A DNA stretch of 64,000 nt from Candidatus Pyrohabitans jungbluthii (lineage in GTDB: Archaea > Hydrothermarchaeota > Hydrothermarchaeia > Hydrothermarchaeales > BMS3B). Positions 18,545 through 28,989 of the stretch are shown in pieces. The first letter of the stretch is position 1. Every line of letters begins with the position of its first letter. The stretch is taken from assembly GCA_002010065.2 (NCBI GenBank), contig MTMD02000002.1, positions 448,001-512,000 of the forward strand. Reading direction: 5' to 3'. The translations under genes were made by a program, and so were the position numbers. The notes below the pieces were generated by a model. That model saw only the letters and a list, made by a program, of their open reading frames with translations, did no database searches and had not been told where the DNA came from.

Positions 18545-19174
18545 GTGAACCTGAGACGCTTTGCCGAGATTCAACACAAGCTTAGCCAGCGGATAACCCT
18601 GAAGGACGCCTTTACAAAAGTGGAGCGCATCGCCGGCGTGGATGCAGCGTATACCAGCGACGCATGCTTCGCTGGTGCTGTGGTGGTGAAGCTCCCCACA
18701 CTGCGCACAGTAGAGGAGAAGACGGCGATGCAGGCTTTGCATGTGCCCTACATCCCGGTCTTCTTTGCCTTCCGCGAAATGGGCGCCGTGATTAAAGCGC
18801 TGCGAAGGCTGCGCTCAAGCTACGACGTTCTTATGGTTGAGGGACATGGCATAGCTCACCCCAATGGGTGCGGCTTCGCCTCCCACCTGGGCGTACTCCT
18901 GCGCAAGCCCAGCATCGGCGTAGCCAAACGCCTGCTCTGCGGACGTGTAGAGGGCATACCCACGCCGGAGAAGCCTGCGGAGATAGTGCTTAATGACAGG
19001 GTGGTGGGCTATGCGGTGCTGAGCAATGGAAAGGTGATATACGTGAGCCCTGGCAATATGATTAGCTTAGCTACAGCGCTTGAAGTGGTTAAGAAAGCAA
19101 CCCACAGGCACACGCTGCCAGAGCCTCTGCAAAGAGCGCACGTGCTCGCGGAGCGCGCGAAGCGAGGTTACTAA
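18545..19174 (+). CDS. nfi: Endonuclease V
   Basis: IAGVDAAY, PYIPVFFAFRE, MVEGHGIAHP..CGFASHLG, SIGVAK, YVSPG, PEPLQRAH. Confidence 0.94.
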   Translation: MNLRRFAEIQHKLSQRITLKDAFTKVERIAGVDAAYTSDACFAGAVVVKLPTLRTVEEKTAMQALHVPYIPVFFAFREMGAVIKALRRLRSSYDVLMVEGHGIAHPNGCGFASHLGVLLRKPSIGVAKRLLCGRVEGIPTPEKPAEIVLNDRVVGYAVLSNGKVIYVSPGNMISLATALEVVKKATHRHTLPEPLQRAHVLAERAKRGY

Positions 19175-19244
19175 TTTTCCGTCGTTACACCTCACTGAGC
19201 AAATACCTCAAAGTTGATTAGCAACCAAAATTTGAGTAGGTACT

Positions 19245-19904
19245 ATGGAAGTCGCTGCATTAATAGCGCTGGCAAAGGCGGGTGCATATCAAGGGTACGC
19301 CTTTATATCTTCTGCCCAGCTTGCATCTCTACTAGGCGTTTCTCAGCAGACAGCTTCGCGTAGACTCAAGCTTCTGGAAGATGCGGGCTATATTGCGCGA
19401 GAGGTCTTCCCCAGAGGGCAGCGGGTTAAGCTCACAGCCCAGGGAAAGCGCGCCCTGGGCGAGCTTTATGCAGAGCTTCGCACCATTCTGGGCGACTCCG
19501 GCAAGGCGGCGCTAACGCTGTGCGGCGAGGTAACCTCAGGCTTGGGTGAGGGAAGCTACTACATGTCCCTGCCCGGCTATGTTAAGCAGTTCGAGGAAAA
19601 GCTGGGTTTTACCCCCTATCCGGGCACACTGAACCTTGCGCTCAAGACTCAGGAGGATATACGCACCAGGCAGGAGCTTGTGAACATGGGAGGCATAGCA
19701 GTCAAGGGGTTTAACCATGGCGGAAGAAGGCTGGGTGATGTAACCTGCTTCCATGCAGAGCTTCAGGGCGCGCAGGCAGCTGTAGTACTTCCCACAAGAA
19801 CCCACCACAGTCTAGCCACGCTGGAGGTAATTGCGCCCGTGAATCTGAGGCAAAAGCTCGGGCTTAAAGATGGCGACATGGTTGCTGTCAGGGTATTCGT
19901 GTAG
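19245..19904 (+). CDS. ribK: HTH-fused CTP-dependent riboflavin kinase (RbkR/RibK)
   Basis: w[12 protein letters not shown]; [30 protein letters not shown]. Confidence 0.93.
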   Translation: MEVAALIALAKAGAYQGYAFISSAQLASLLGVSQQTASRRLKLLEDAGYIAREVFPRGQRVKLTAQGKRALGELYAELRTILGDSGKAALTLCGEVTSGLGEGSYYMSLPGYVKQFEEKLGFTPYPGTLNLALKTQEDIRTRQELVNMGGIAVKGFNHGGRRLGDVTCFHAELQGAQAAVVLPTRTHHSLATLEVIAPVNLRQKLGLKDGDMVAVRVFV

Positions 19905-19912
19905 GTGGTAGC

Positions 19913-20587
19913 ATGAGCGTGAAGAGAGCTATTCAGGCGCTGAAGCAGGGGGAGATGGTGCTCATCTTCGACGGCGATGGCAGAGAGGAGGAGACCGACC
20001 TCGTCATAGCCTCGCAGTTCGTAACACCAGAACACATTCGCAGGATGCGCAAGGACGGCGGCGGGCTGATATGCACCGCTCTGCATCCAGCGATAGCGAG
20101 GGAGCTTGGCTTGCCCTTTCTCAGCGATGTGCTGAGCAGTGCTGCGGAAAGATTTCCTGTGCTTAACGCCCTTGAGGCTAATGATATCCCTTACGATGAG
20201 CGCTCCTCCTTCTCCATAACAATAAACCACAGGCGTACCTTCACAGGTATAACCGACAGCGACAGGGCGCTCACTATACGCGAGCTGGCACGCTTAGCCT
20301 CGCTCAACGGCGAGAAGCGCACGCTATTTGGCAAAAACTTCCGCTCACCGGGGCATGTTATACTCCTGCGCGCCGCCGATGGTTTGCTGCACTCAAGGCG
20401 AGGGCACACTGAGTTGAGTGTCGCCCTGGCAGAGATGGCTGGCCTAACCCCAATAGCGACGATATGTGAAATGATGGGCGACAATGGCGGTGCCCTGAGC
20501 AAGCGTGAGGCAAAACGCTATGCTGAGAAGCACGGCTTGGTCTTTTTAGAAGGCGAGGAGATAATGCAGGCGTACTTGGGGGAGTAA
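19913..20587 (+). CDS. ribB: 3,4-dihydroxy-2-butanone 4-phosphate synthase
   Basis: [38 protein letters not shown]. Confidence 0.96.
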   Translation: MSVKRAIQALKQGEMVLIFDGDGREEETDLVIASQFVTPEHIRRMRKDGGGLICTALHPAIARELGLPFLSDVLSSAAERFPVLNALEANDIPYDERSSFSITINHRRTFTGITDSDRALTIRELARLASLNGEKRTLFGKNFRSPGHVILLRAADGLLHSRRGHTELSVALAEMAGLTPIATICEMMGDNGGALSKREAKRYAEKHGLVFLEGEEIMQAYLGE

Positions 20588-20762
20588 ATTAGCCTCATTT
20601 TACTCTCTCCCCTATCATCTAGGTAAACTTTTCCTAGTCATGAGCTGTTAACACCAGAGTACGCCTCTTTTTACAGGGATTTTGTCGGTTACTTGAGCCT
20701 CCTTAAATATAATCATAGGAACCACTGAGTTCGAAAGGAAGCACAGCGCTGAAGCTTATAAC

Positions 20763-21257
20763 TCATCTACAACCTCCAATCCAAATCTCCCAGGGATACT
20801 CTCTTTTCCAGATGAAGTATATGGCGGCGGAGTATAATAGGATTTCCAGAGATATGTATACGGCTCTAAAAGCTATAGTTGGTACATTTATATGGTACGC
20901 GAGGAGACACTCTGCCTCAGAAAATGGCCAGAGGCACCACACACCTCCCCTGAAAATTATGCCGGTGTTCAGCAGGATATCTACGAGGATGTGCAGGTAG
21001 GCGCCGAGGAGGAGCGCCAAGGGAATACGCCATGAGCGTAGCAGTGGCGAAACGGTAAGGGCAAGAAGCAGCCACAGCACCAGAGAGTGGCTGAGGGTTG
21101 CGTGGTACTTCAGAAGAAAATCCATGCCAAATATGAGGGTTACCGCGTCGATATCCGGCAGAAGAGAGGCAAGAGTAAGAGCGCGGTAAGCAGGCCTCTT
21201 CAGCTTCATCCTTCTGCCGATGAGCCATGCGAGCATGTAATGTCCTAAGGGGTCCAT
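20763..21257 (-). CDS. Membrane-bound metal-dependent hydrolase (YdjM/DUF457)
   Basis: MDPLGH, SLLPDID, HATLSHS, HILVD, LWPF. Confidence 0.85.
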   Translation of the reverse strand: MDPLGHYMLAWLIGRRMKLKRPAYRALTLASLLPDIDAVTLIFGMDFLLKYHATLSHSLVLWLLLALTVSPLLRSWRIPLALLLGAYLHILVDILLNTGIIFRGGVWCLWPFSEAECLLAYHINVPTIAFRAVYISLEILLYSAAIYFIWKREYPWEIWIGGCR

Positions 21258-21280
21258 ATCCCTAATGGGCTGTTACCATT

Positions 21281-24200
21281 TTATCCCCCAAAATCCTCAA
21301 GGCGAAGCTCGTGCACATGTCCGCGGTAGTATTCGTCCAGGTTGCGAATGCTTATCTCTCCGCTAAGCACGCTCTCTATAGCTTTGCACGCCGCCTGGGC
21401 TGCGGCGATGGTTGTGATGTAGGGTATCCCAAGGTCTACCGCGTGCCTGCGGATGTAAAAGCCGTCGGTGAAGGGCACCTTGCCAGCGGTGGGCGTGTTT
21501 ATTATTAAGTCCACTTCTTTGCGTAGCATCACGTCGAGGATATTCGGCTTAGCCTCGCTCACCTTTCTTACCAGCTTCGCGGGTATCCCTGCCTCTTCGA
21601 GGCTTGCCTTGGTACCGTCGGTGGCAAGAAGCTCAAACCCGAGCTCGTGGAGCTTCTTAGCTATAGGGATAATCGCCTGGCGGTCACGCTTGCTCACACT
21701 TATAAATATCCTCCCGCTCGTAGGGAGGCGGTTGCCTGCGGCAAGCTGCGCCTTGTAGTAGGCTTTTCCAAAGTCGAAGTCTATTCCCATGACCTCGCCC
21801 GTGGACTTCATCTCGGGTCCGAGCACCGGGTCGACGCCCGGAAGCTTCAGGAATGGGAACACTGCCTCCTTGACTGCAACGTGGCGAATCTTGCGCTCCC
21901 CCACGTAACCCAGATCGCGAAGCTTTGCGCCCAGCATCACCTTCGTGGCAAGCTTTGCTAAGGGAACACCTATCGCCTTGCTCACATATGGCACAGTGCG
22001 TGAAGCGCGGGGGTTTGCCTCCAGCACGTAAACTTTGCCGTCCTTCACCGCATACTGTATGTTCAGCAGCCCCACAACGTTGAGCTCCCTAGCGAGCCTT
22101 ATCGTATAGTCCTTAATTGTGCCAAGCACCTCCCGAGATAACGTCTGGGGTGGAAGCACACACGCGGAGTCGCCGCTGTGCACGCCCGCCTGCTCTATGT
22201 GCTCCATTATTCCGCCAATGAACACATCCTCGCCGTCGCTCACCGCATCGACGTCTACCTCCACGGCGTCTTCCAAAAACTTGTCCACAAGCACAGGATG
22301 TTCCTCGCTGACCTCAATGGCGAGAGCCATGTAGCGTTCAAGCTGAGCCTCGTCGTAAACTATCTCCATCGCCCTGCCACCCAGCACATAGCTGGGGCGA
22401 ACCAGCACCGGATAGCCTATCCTCTTAGCTATGCGCTTCGCTTCGTCAACGCTGAAGGCGGTGCCATACTCCGCTTGGGGTATCCCCAGCTTCTTAAGCA
22501 CCCGCGTGAAGAGTTCGCGATCCTCAGCCCGGTCTATGTCCTCGCTCCTCGTGCCCAGGAGCTTTACCCCCTGCTTGGCGAGGGGCACCGCAAGGTTGAG
22601 AGGCGTCTGACCGCCGAACTGTACTATAACCCCTTCCGGCTTCTCCTTCTCAATTATGTTCATTACGTCCTCCAGCGTAATCGGCTCAAAGTAGAGCTTG
22701 TCGCTGGTGTCGTAATCAGTGGAGACCGTCTCAGGGTTGTTGTTCATGAGTATCGCTTCAATGCCAGCCTCGCGAAGGGCAACCGCGGCATGGACGCAGC
22801 AGTAGTCAAACTCTATGCCCTGGGCAATGCGTATTGGCCCGCCTCCGATAACCAAAACTTTTCGCCTGTTGCTCACCTTAACCTCGTCCACGCTGTCGTA
22901 GGCGGAGTAGTAGTAGGGTGTCTTCGCCTCAAACTCCGCTGCACACGTGTCCACCATCTTATAGACAGGCTTGGCTCTGCGCTTTTTCCTCAGCGTGAGC
23001 TCCTCGCAGCCGAGAAGGTGCGCAAGCTGCCTGTCGCTGAAGCCGAGGCGCTTCGCTAAGGTGAGCTCTTCCTGCGTAACCTCCTCTATGCCCTTCCCCT
23101 CAAGGGAGCGCTCCATCTCCAGGATGTTCTTAATCTTCTCTATGAAGAAGGGCGATATGCCCGTAAGCTTGTTAATTTCAGCCACGCTCATGCCCAGGCG
23201 AAGGGCGTCGTAGATGTAGAATATGCGCTTATCCGTGGGGTTGCGCAGGTTCTCAACTATCACCTCGCGGTTGGTTTCGTACTCGCGCCCATCGCAGCAA
23301 ATGCCGAAGCGCTTTATGTCGAGGCTGCGTATCGCCTTTTGCAGAGCCTCCTCAAAGCTTCGCCCTATCGCCATGACTTCGCCTGTGCTCTTCATCTGCG
23401 TGCCTATCCTCTGCTCTGCCTCGGGAAACTTGTCAAAGGGCCAGCGTGGAATTTTCACAACCACGTAATCCAGGGTGGGCTCAAAGCTGGCTGGCGTCTC
23501 CTTCGTTACGTCGTTGGGGATTTCGTCAAGCGTTAGCCCTACGGCGATCTTCGCTGATATCTTGGCGATAGGGTAACCTGTTGCCTTGCTCGCCAGCGCA
23601 GAGCTTCTCGATACTCGGGGATTGACCTCTATCACGTAGTACTCCCAGGTTTCGGGGTTTACCGCGAACTGAATATTGCAACCGCCCTCGATGCGGAGAG
23701 CGCGGATTATCTTGAGTGCGGCGCTCCTCAGCCTCTGGTGGTCCTCATCGCTGAGCGTCTGCGCCGGCGCTACCACGATGCTCTCGCCAGTGTGTATCCC
23801 CATGGGGTCAATGTTCTCCATGTTACAGACGGTTATGCAGTTGTCCGCGGAGTCACGCATAACCTCGTACTCGTACTCATACCACCCAAGCAGAGACTTC
23901 TCTATGAGCACCTGGTGCACCATGCTGGCGCTCAAGCCGCGCTCCGCTATGCTGCGAAGCTCAGCCTCATTGTTAGCCACGCCGCCACCGGTACCGCCGA
24001 GGGTGTACGCTGGCCTAATAATCACCGGGTATCCTATCTTGTTTGCAGCCTCCACCGCCTCCTCAACACTATTAACCGCGTAGCTCTCGGGTATCGGCTC
24101 GCGGATCTCCCGCATGAGCTCCGCGAATAGCTCACGATCCTCGGCGCGCTTTATCGTCTCAACACTCGTCCCGAGAACTTCAACGTCGTACTTCTCGAAG

Positions 24201-24520
24201 ATGCCCATGTCGGCAAGCTGGGCTGTGAGATTTAAGCCGGTCTGCCCGCCCATTGTGCCTATAAAGCCGTCTGGCTTTTCCTTGGCTATAATCTTAGCCA
24301 CTATCTCGGGCACGAGGGGCTCGAGGTAGATAACGTCAGCTATCTCCTTATCTGTCTGAATCGTCGCTGGGTTTGAGTTCACCAGCACAACGCGATAACC
24401 TTCTTCGCGAAGTGCCTTGCATGCCTGCGAACCCGAATAGTCGAACTCTGCCGCCTGGCCTATTATTATCGGCCCAGAGCCTATGACTATGATTTTTTCA
24501 ATATCCTTACGCTTTGGCAC
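21281..24520 (-). CDS. carB: Carbamoyl-phosphate synthase large subunit
   Basis: [30 protein letters not shown], two ATP-grasp domains, MGS domain; true start is probably GTG 24520. Confidence 0.98.
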   Translation of the reverse strand: MPKRKDIEKIIVIGSGPIIIGQAAEFDYSGSQACKALREEGYRVVLVNSNPATIQTDKEIADVIYLEPLVPEIVAKIIAKEKPDGFIGTMGGQTGLNLTAQLADMGIFEKYDVEVLGTSVETIKRAEDRELFAELMREIREPIPESYAVNSVEEAVEAANKIGYPVIIRPAYTLGGTGGGVANNEAELRSIAERGLSASMVHQVLIEKSLLGWYEYEYEVMRDSADNCITVCNMENIDPMGIHTGESIVVAPAQTLSDEDHQRLRSAALKIIRALRIEGGCNIQFAVNPETWEYYVIEVNPRVSRSSALASKATGYPIAKISAKIAVGLTLDEIPNDVTKETPASFEPTLDYVVVKIPRWPFDKFPEAEQRIGTQMKSTGEVMAIGRSFEEALQKAIRSLDIKRFGICCDGREYETNREVIVENLRNPTDKRIFYIYDALRLGMSVAEINKLTGISPFFIEKIKNILEMERSLEGKGIEEVTQEELTLAKRLGFSDRQLAHLLGCEELTLRKKRRAKPVYKMVDTCAAEFEAKTPYYYSAYDSVDEVKVSNRRKVLVIGGGPIRIAQGIEFDYCCVHAAVALREAGIEAILMNNNPETVSTDYDTSDKLYFEPITLEDVMNIIEKEKPEGVIVQFGGQTPLNLAVPLAKQGVKLLGTRSEDIDRAEDRELFTRVLKKLGIPQAEYGTAFSVDEAKRIAKRIGYPVLVRPSYVLGGRAMEIVYDEAQLERYMALAIEVSEEHPVLVDKFLEDAVEVDVDAVSDGEDVFIGGIMEHIEQAGVHSGDSACVLPPQTLSREVLGTIKDYTIRLARELNVVGLLNIQYAVKDGKVYVLEANPRASRTVPYVSKAIGVPLAKLATKVMLGAKLRDLGYVGERKIRHVAVKEAVFPFLKLPGVDPVLGPEMKSTGEVMGIDFDFGKAYYKAQLAAGNRLPTSGRIFISVSKRDRQAIIPIAKKLHELGFELLATDGTKASLEEAGIPAKLVRKVSEAKPNILDVMLRKEVDLIINTPTAGKVPFTDGFYIRRHAVDLGIPYITTIAAAQAACKAIESVLSGEISIRNLDEYYRGHVHELRLEDFGG

Positions 24521-25592
24521 GGCGCACCATCTCCAGAAACTCGTCGAAAAGATATTCGCTGTCCTTAGGGCCCGGATTAGCCTCAGGGTGATACTGCACA
24601 CTCATTATCTCCAAGCTACGGTGGCGCATACCTTCAACGGTGGAGTCGTTCAGGTTTATCTTATCAACGCGAAACTCGTCCTCAGGCAATGAGCCAGCGT
24701 CCACTGCATAGCCGTGGTTCTGCGAGGTTATGTACACCCTCCCGGTGCGCAGGTCCTTCACCGGCTGATTTGCGCCGCGGTGACCGAATTTCAGCTTATA
24801 GGTTTCGCCCCCACTCGCCAAGGCAAGCATCTGATGCCCCAGGCAAATGCCGAACAGCGGCACTTCTCCGAGAAGCTCGCGAACGGTGCGAATCGCATAC
24901 GGCGCGCGCTTCGGATCCCCTGGCCCGGGGGATACAACCACACCATCGGGTTCTAAATTCAGAATCTCCTTCGCTGGCGTCTCCGCTGGCAGAACATAAA
25001 CCTCACACCCGCGCTTGAGGAAGTTGTCGCGAATCGACCACTTCATTCCCAGGTCAAGAATCGCAATGCGCTCCCCCTTGCCCGGGTAGTGCAGCATTTT
25101 TTCGCAGGTAACTTTGCTCACCAGGTCGAGCTCGCCTATGTCCGGCGCGGCTCTGCACTTTTCCAGCAGCGCTTCTGCGTCTATCTCCTCACGCGATGTT
25201 TTAAGCGCACCCTTCATCACGCCGTAGCTTCTGATCTTTCTGGTGAGCGCCCTGGTATCGACGCCTGCGATGCCGGGTATCCCCTCTCGCTTCAGAAACT
25301 CGTCCACCGTCGCCTCTGCGCTGCGGTGGCTCGGCTTGTCGCAGGCTTCGCGAACCACAAAACCCTCGACCTGTATCCTCGAACTCTCATAGTCCTCGCT
25401 ATTTATGCCATAATTACCAATCAGTGGGTAGGTGAGCAGGAGTATCTGCCCGGCATAGCTCGGGTCGGTAAGCGCTTCCTGGTAACCCGTCATGCTGGTG
25501 CAGAACACCACCTCTCCATAAACCTCAGCCTCTGCACCGAAGCCCTCGCCACGGACAATAGTACCATCCTCAAGAACCAGCGTCGCCTTCAT
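24507..25592 (-). CDS. carA: Carbamoyl-phosphate synthase small subunit
   Basis: [26 protein letters not shown]. Confidence 0.98.
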   Translation of the reverse strand: MKATLVLEDGTIVRGEGFGAEAEVYGEVVFCTSMTGYQEALTDPSYAGQILLLTYPLIGNYGINSEDYESSRIQVEGFVVREACDKPSHRSAEATVDEFLKREGIPGIAGVDTRALTRKIRSYGVMKGALKTSREEIDAEALLEKCRAAPDIGELDLVSKVTCEKMLHYPGKGERIAILDLGMKWSIRDNFLKRGCEVYVLPAETPAKEILNLEPDGVVVSPGPGDPKRAPYAIRTVRELLGEVPLFGICLGHQMLALASGGETYKLKFGHRGANQPVKDLRTGRVYITSQNHGYAVDAGSLPEDEFRVDKINLNDSTVEGMRHRSLEIMSVQYHPEANPGPKDSEYLFDEFLEMVRRAKA

Positions 25593-25684
25593 GCTATCAA
25601 AACTACTGCTATGTTTCCCCTACTTAAGGTTTATTCAACTAATGTATCAAATGGTAATAAGTTGAGCCATATGCGTCGATTGCG

Positions 25685-26332
25685 ATGAATATATCTCAGG
25701 CAACCCGCAAGGTGCTCAGGAAGTATCCCAACATAGCCGAGTATTTAAGCTATGGTGTGGTTAACTACCGCGCCCTGGCGAGGCTTATTCAGCCGGAGGT
25801 TGAGAGGCTCCTGGGCACAGGGGTAAAGCTTCAGAGCATAGTTACAGCGCTGCGCAGGAGTGGGAGCGCAAAGCTGGAGCAGGGCGAGGCGTCGCGAATC
25901 CTGGCTAAAAGCGAGGTCAGCCTTCGCTACGATTTGGGTTTGATAACAACTTCGCTCTCCAGAGAAACACCGCGCAAGGTGCTTGAGGTGCACCGCGCGC
26001 TTCGAGGTGAGACCTACGTCCTGCTCCAGGGGCTGGAGAACCTTACGATAGTAACACGGCAGGAACACATAGCTAAGCTTGAGAAGCTCTTCGGTGATGA
26101 AATGATTGAGAGCAAGCGCAGCCTCGCCGGCATCTTCGTAAAGAGCCCGCCAGAGATTGCCTCCACCAGCGGTGTTCTGGCAAGGCTGAGCGGTCTCCTC
26201 GCAGCCGAGGGGATAAATGTGGTGGAGATGATGTCCAGCCACATGGAGACAATTTTCCTGGTGGAGGAGCGTGACTGCCTTCGCGGCGTAGAGGCGATAC
26301 GGGAGGAGATTAAGCGTGCGAGGGGTGGGTGA
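25685..26332 (+). CDS. ACT-domain protein with N-terminal helical domain
   Basis: GVVNYRALARLI N-terminus; C-terminal ACT GVLARLSGLLAAEGINVVEMMS. Confidence 0.8.
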   Translation: MNISQATRKVLRKYPNIAEYLSYGVVNYRALARLIQPEVERLLGTGVKLQSIVTALRRSGSAKLEQGEASRILAKSEVSLRYDLGLITTSLSRETPRKVLEVHRALRGETYVLLQGLENLTIVTRQEHIAKLEKLFGDEMIESKRSLAGIFVKSPPEIASTSGVLARLSGLLAAEGINVVEMMSSHMETIFLVEERDCLRGVEAIREEIKRARGG

Positions 26333-26391
26333 ATAGCTCATTGGTTGGTAGAAACCTCTAAATACTCCCGCTCACAAAACTATTACTGGAG

Positions 26392-26685
26392 GTGGTTGAT
26401 TTGCCAAAGTATGTAGTAGTTTCCACTCTTACTGACGAGGGGGCTAAAACGCTGAAAAACAGACCCTCCCGCGTGAAAGAGGTCAATCAAGAGCTGGAGA
26501 ACATGGGGGTTAAAGTGCTGGAGCAGTACATGGTGCTGGGAAGCTTTGACTTTCTGAACATAGTTGAAGCAGAGGATGACGCTACAATAGCAAAGGCGAT
26601 GGTGGAGCTAGCCTCGCGAGGCACTATACGCACACAGACGATGCCCATTATTCCAGTGGATGAGTTTCTTGAAAAGCTGGGCTAA
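26392..26685 (+). CDS. GYD-domain protein
   Basis: PKYVVVSTLTDEG, LGSFDFLNIVEAED, GTIRTQTM. Confidence 0.85.
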   Translation: MVDLPKYVVVSTLTDEGAKTLKNRPSRVKEVNQELENMGVKVLEQYMVLGSFDFLNIVEAEDDATIAKAMVELASRGTIRTQTMPIIPVDEFLEKLG

Positions 26686-27446
26686 TCGCTGCTAAGGTCT
26701 TCGCCGCCGTACAGCACCTGCTGCACCTCGTTGTACAGGTCAGGAATACCCTCGCCCGTCTCTGCAGAGGTGGGTATCAGAGGCTTGTAGGCGTCCATTA
26801 TCTCCAGGGCTCGGAATAGCTCCACATTGAGGTTCGCAGTTAGCGAACCCTGAGCAATCAAGTCGTCGTACAGCACATTGGGGTCGCTGCCCCACTCCAA
26901 AATCCGCTCCATTTCTTCTCTCGCGAGAAGGTCAACCTTGCTCAGTGCCGTCACGCAGGGTAAATCAAGACGGAACTGCGCAGAGAGGCTCTGCAGCACC
27001 AGAGAGATAAAGCCTTGCGGAGTTTTCGCAAGCGCTGGGTCGAAGAGGTATGCGAGAACGGCGCTATCCTTGCCCAAGGTTTCGACGACAACGTGGCTGG
27101 AGCTTCGCAGGGTGAACAACTCCATTTGCCCGGGGGTATCTATCAGGTAGTACTCGGTTACAAACTCGTCGAGAGCTTCCTTAATCTCATTGATTTTCAA
27201 TGCCAGTAAATCGGCAGCGACGATCTGCGCGCCGTTGGGGCCCACGCCGTACTCGCGCATGACATCGTCTAGATTAATCCACTCTCTCACGTCCACGTCT
27301 GGAGCGTAGGGAAGCCACTCAACGCCCGGGTCGAGATTAACCGTAACCACGTCGTAGCCATAGGTCTGCATCCAGTTTTTAAAGGCACTCGTGAGGGCGC
27401 TCTTCCCGCAGCCTGCGTTGCCTATGAAGTAGAGGTAGGCGGGCAT
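26682..27446 (-). CDS. GPN-loop GTPase
   Basis: GNAGCGKS, VNLDPG, GPNG, IDTPGQMELF. Confidence 0.94.
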   Translation of the reverse strand: MPAYLYFIGNAGCGKSALTSAFKNWMQTYGYDVVTVNLDPGVEWLPYAPDVDVREWINLDDVMREYGVGPNGAQIVAADLLALKINEIKEALDEFVTEYYLIDTPGQMELFTLRSSSHVVVETLGKDSAVLAYLFDPALAKTPQGFISLVLQSLSAQFRLDLPCVTALSKVDLLAREEMERILEWGSDPNVLYDDLIAQGSLTANLNVELFRALEIMDAYKPLIPTSAETGEGIPDLYNEVQQVLYGGEDLSSD

Positions 27447-27521
27447 AGCTTTTAGTCTACTCCACGCCTTATGAACTTTGCTCCGGTAACCTTAAATATC
27501 ACCATTGCCATGCCTTAAGCG

Positions 27522-28946
27522 ATGAAGCGCCTGGTTATGAAGTTCGGTGGCACCAGCGTGGGCAGCGCTGAGCGCATAGCGAGAGTTGCCAAGCTGGTGA
27601 AAGAATTCGCAGCACCGGAGACGATTGTGGTGACCAGTGCAATGAGCGGCGTCACAGATCGTCTGGTGGAGATAGCCGAGAGAGTGGCTCAGGGTATAGA
27701 AGAGGAGCACATCCATGAGTTTGTCGCCTACATGCGGGAGAAGCACATAAGCACAGCACAGGAGGTAGCGAGGGAGGAAGAAATTCCGGAGCTGAAGGCG
27801 GAAATAGAGCGTCTGCTGAGCGAGCTGGAGAAGATACTTGTGGGTATCTCCTACGTGGGCGAGCTGACGCCACGCTCTCTGGATTATGTGCTCTCCTTCG
27901 GTGAGCGCCTGGCTGCGCCTCTTGTGAGTGCTGCGCTGCGTAAAGAGGGGATAAACTCGCGCTGGTACACCGGTTACGAGGCGGGAATAGTTACAGACTC
28001 CAACTTTGGTAGAGCATCGCCCATAATGGACATAACAGAAGAGCGCGTGCGAGAGGTGATAGAGCCCCGCCTGAAGGACACCATACCTGTGGTCACTGGT
28101 TTTATCGCCGGAAACGAGAAGGGTAGGATAACCACCCTTGGTAGAGGCGGCTCCGACTACACAGCGGCGATACTCGGAGCGGTGCTTGATGCAGACGAGA
28201 TATGGATCTGGACGGATGTGGACGGCATTCTTACCACTGACCCTAGGCTGGTGAAGGAGGCTCGGGTAATAGAGGTGCTCTCCTACATCGAAGCTATGGA
28301 GTTAGCGTACTTCGGCGCCAAGGTGCTGCACCCCAAAACCATTGAACCAGCGATGGAAAAGGGCATTCCGGTGCGCGTGAGGAACACCTTTAACCCGGGC
28401 TGCGAGGGTACACTGATAGTGAGTGAGCAGGAGAAGACCAGCGACATAGTTAAGGCGATAAGTGTGATGAAAAACGTAGCTCTGCTCAATATCTCTGGCG
28501 TGGGGATGATAGGCTTACCCGGCGTCGCCTCTCGAGTTTTTACAGCGCTGGCGCAGCAGAAGGTTAACATCCTCATGATCTCCCAGGGTTCAAGCGAGGC
28601 GAACATCTCAATCGTAGTGGAGAAAGGCGATGTGGAGCGTGCTGTGGATGCGCTTCGCGAGGAGTTTCTCGGCGCAAACATCGTTAAGCACGTGCAGTAC
28701 AATGAGGACGTAGCAATAATCGCCGTGGTGGGCGCAGGTATGCGCGGAACTCGAGGAGTAGCGGCGCGGGTTTTCACCGCCGTGGCAAACGCCGGCGTTA
28801 ATGTGCTCATGATAGCCCAGGGCTCAAGTGAGGTGAACATATCATTTGTCATCGCTGGCGAAGACGCTGCGAAGGCTGCAAGAGCGCTGCACGAGGAGTT
28901 CATAACTAAGCGCGGGAGTTCCCCGTCTCGCGAAGCGATAGAGTGA
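27522..28946 (+). CDS. lysC: Aspartate kinase
   Basis: MKFGGTSV, TTLGRGGSDYTA, WTDVDG, two ACT domains; C-terminal GSSPSREAIE is encoded by a palindromic element. Confidence 0.96.
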   Translation: MKRLVMKFGGTSVGSAERIARVAKLVKEFAAPETIVVTSAMSGVTDRLVEIAERVAQGIEEEHIHEFVAYMREKHISTAQEVAREEEIPELKAEIERLLSELEKILVGISYVGELTPRSLDYVLSFGERLAAPLVSAALRKEGINSRWYTGYEAGIVTDSNFGRASPIMDITEERVREVIEPRLKDTIPVVTGFIAGNEKGRITTLGRGGSDYTAAILGAVLDADEIWIWTDVDGILTTDPRLVKEARVIEVLSYIEAMELAYFGAKVLHPKTIEPAMEKGIPVRVRNTFNPGCEGTLIVSEQEKTSDIVKAISVMKNVALLNISGVGMIGLPGVASRVFTALAQQKVNILMISQGSSEANISIVVEKGDVERAVDALREEFLGANIVKHVQYNEDVAIIAVVGAGMRGTRGVAARVFTAVANAGVNVLMIAQGSSEVNISFVIAGEDAAKAARALHEEFITKRGSSPSREAIE

Positions 28947-28953
28947 CGGAAAC
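28911..28953 (+). repeat. Short copy of the palindromic element over the lysC stop codon
   Basis: cccgtctcgcgaagcgatag (28922-28941) is the exact reverse complement of 36321-36340. Confidence 0.75.
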
Positions 28954-28989
28954 CCTAAATATTATATCTGTGATTGCAAACTTTTATCC

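Noticed and set aside
20588-20762. 175-nt gap between convergent ribB and hydrolase genes as a possible sRNA
   Set aside because: No convincing C/D or H/ACA boxes or stable structure seen
24521-24601. N-terminal extension of carB in the ORF track
   Set aside because: Overlaps carA; the conserved CarB start PKRKDI follows GTG 24520
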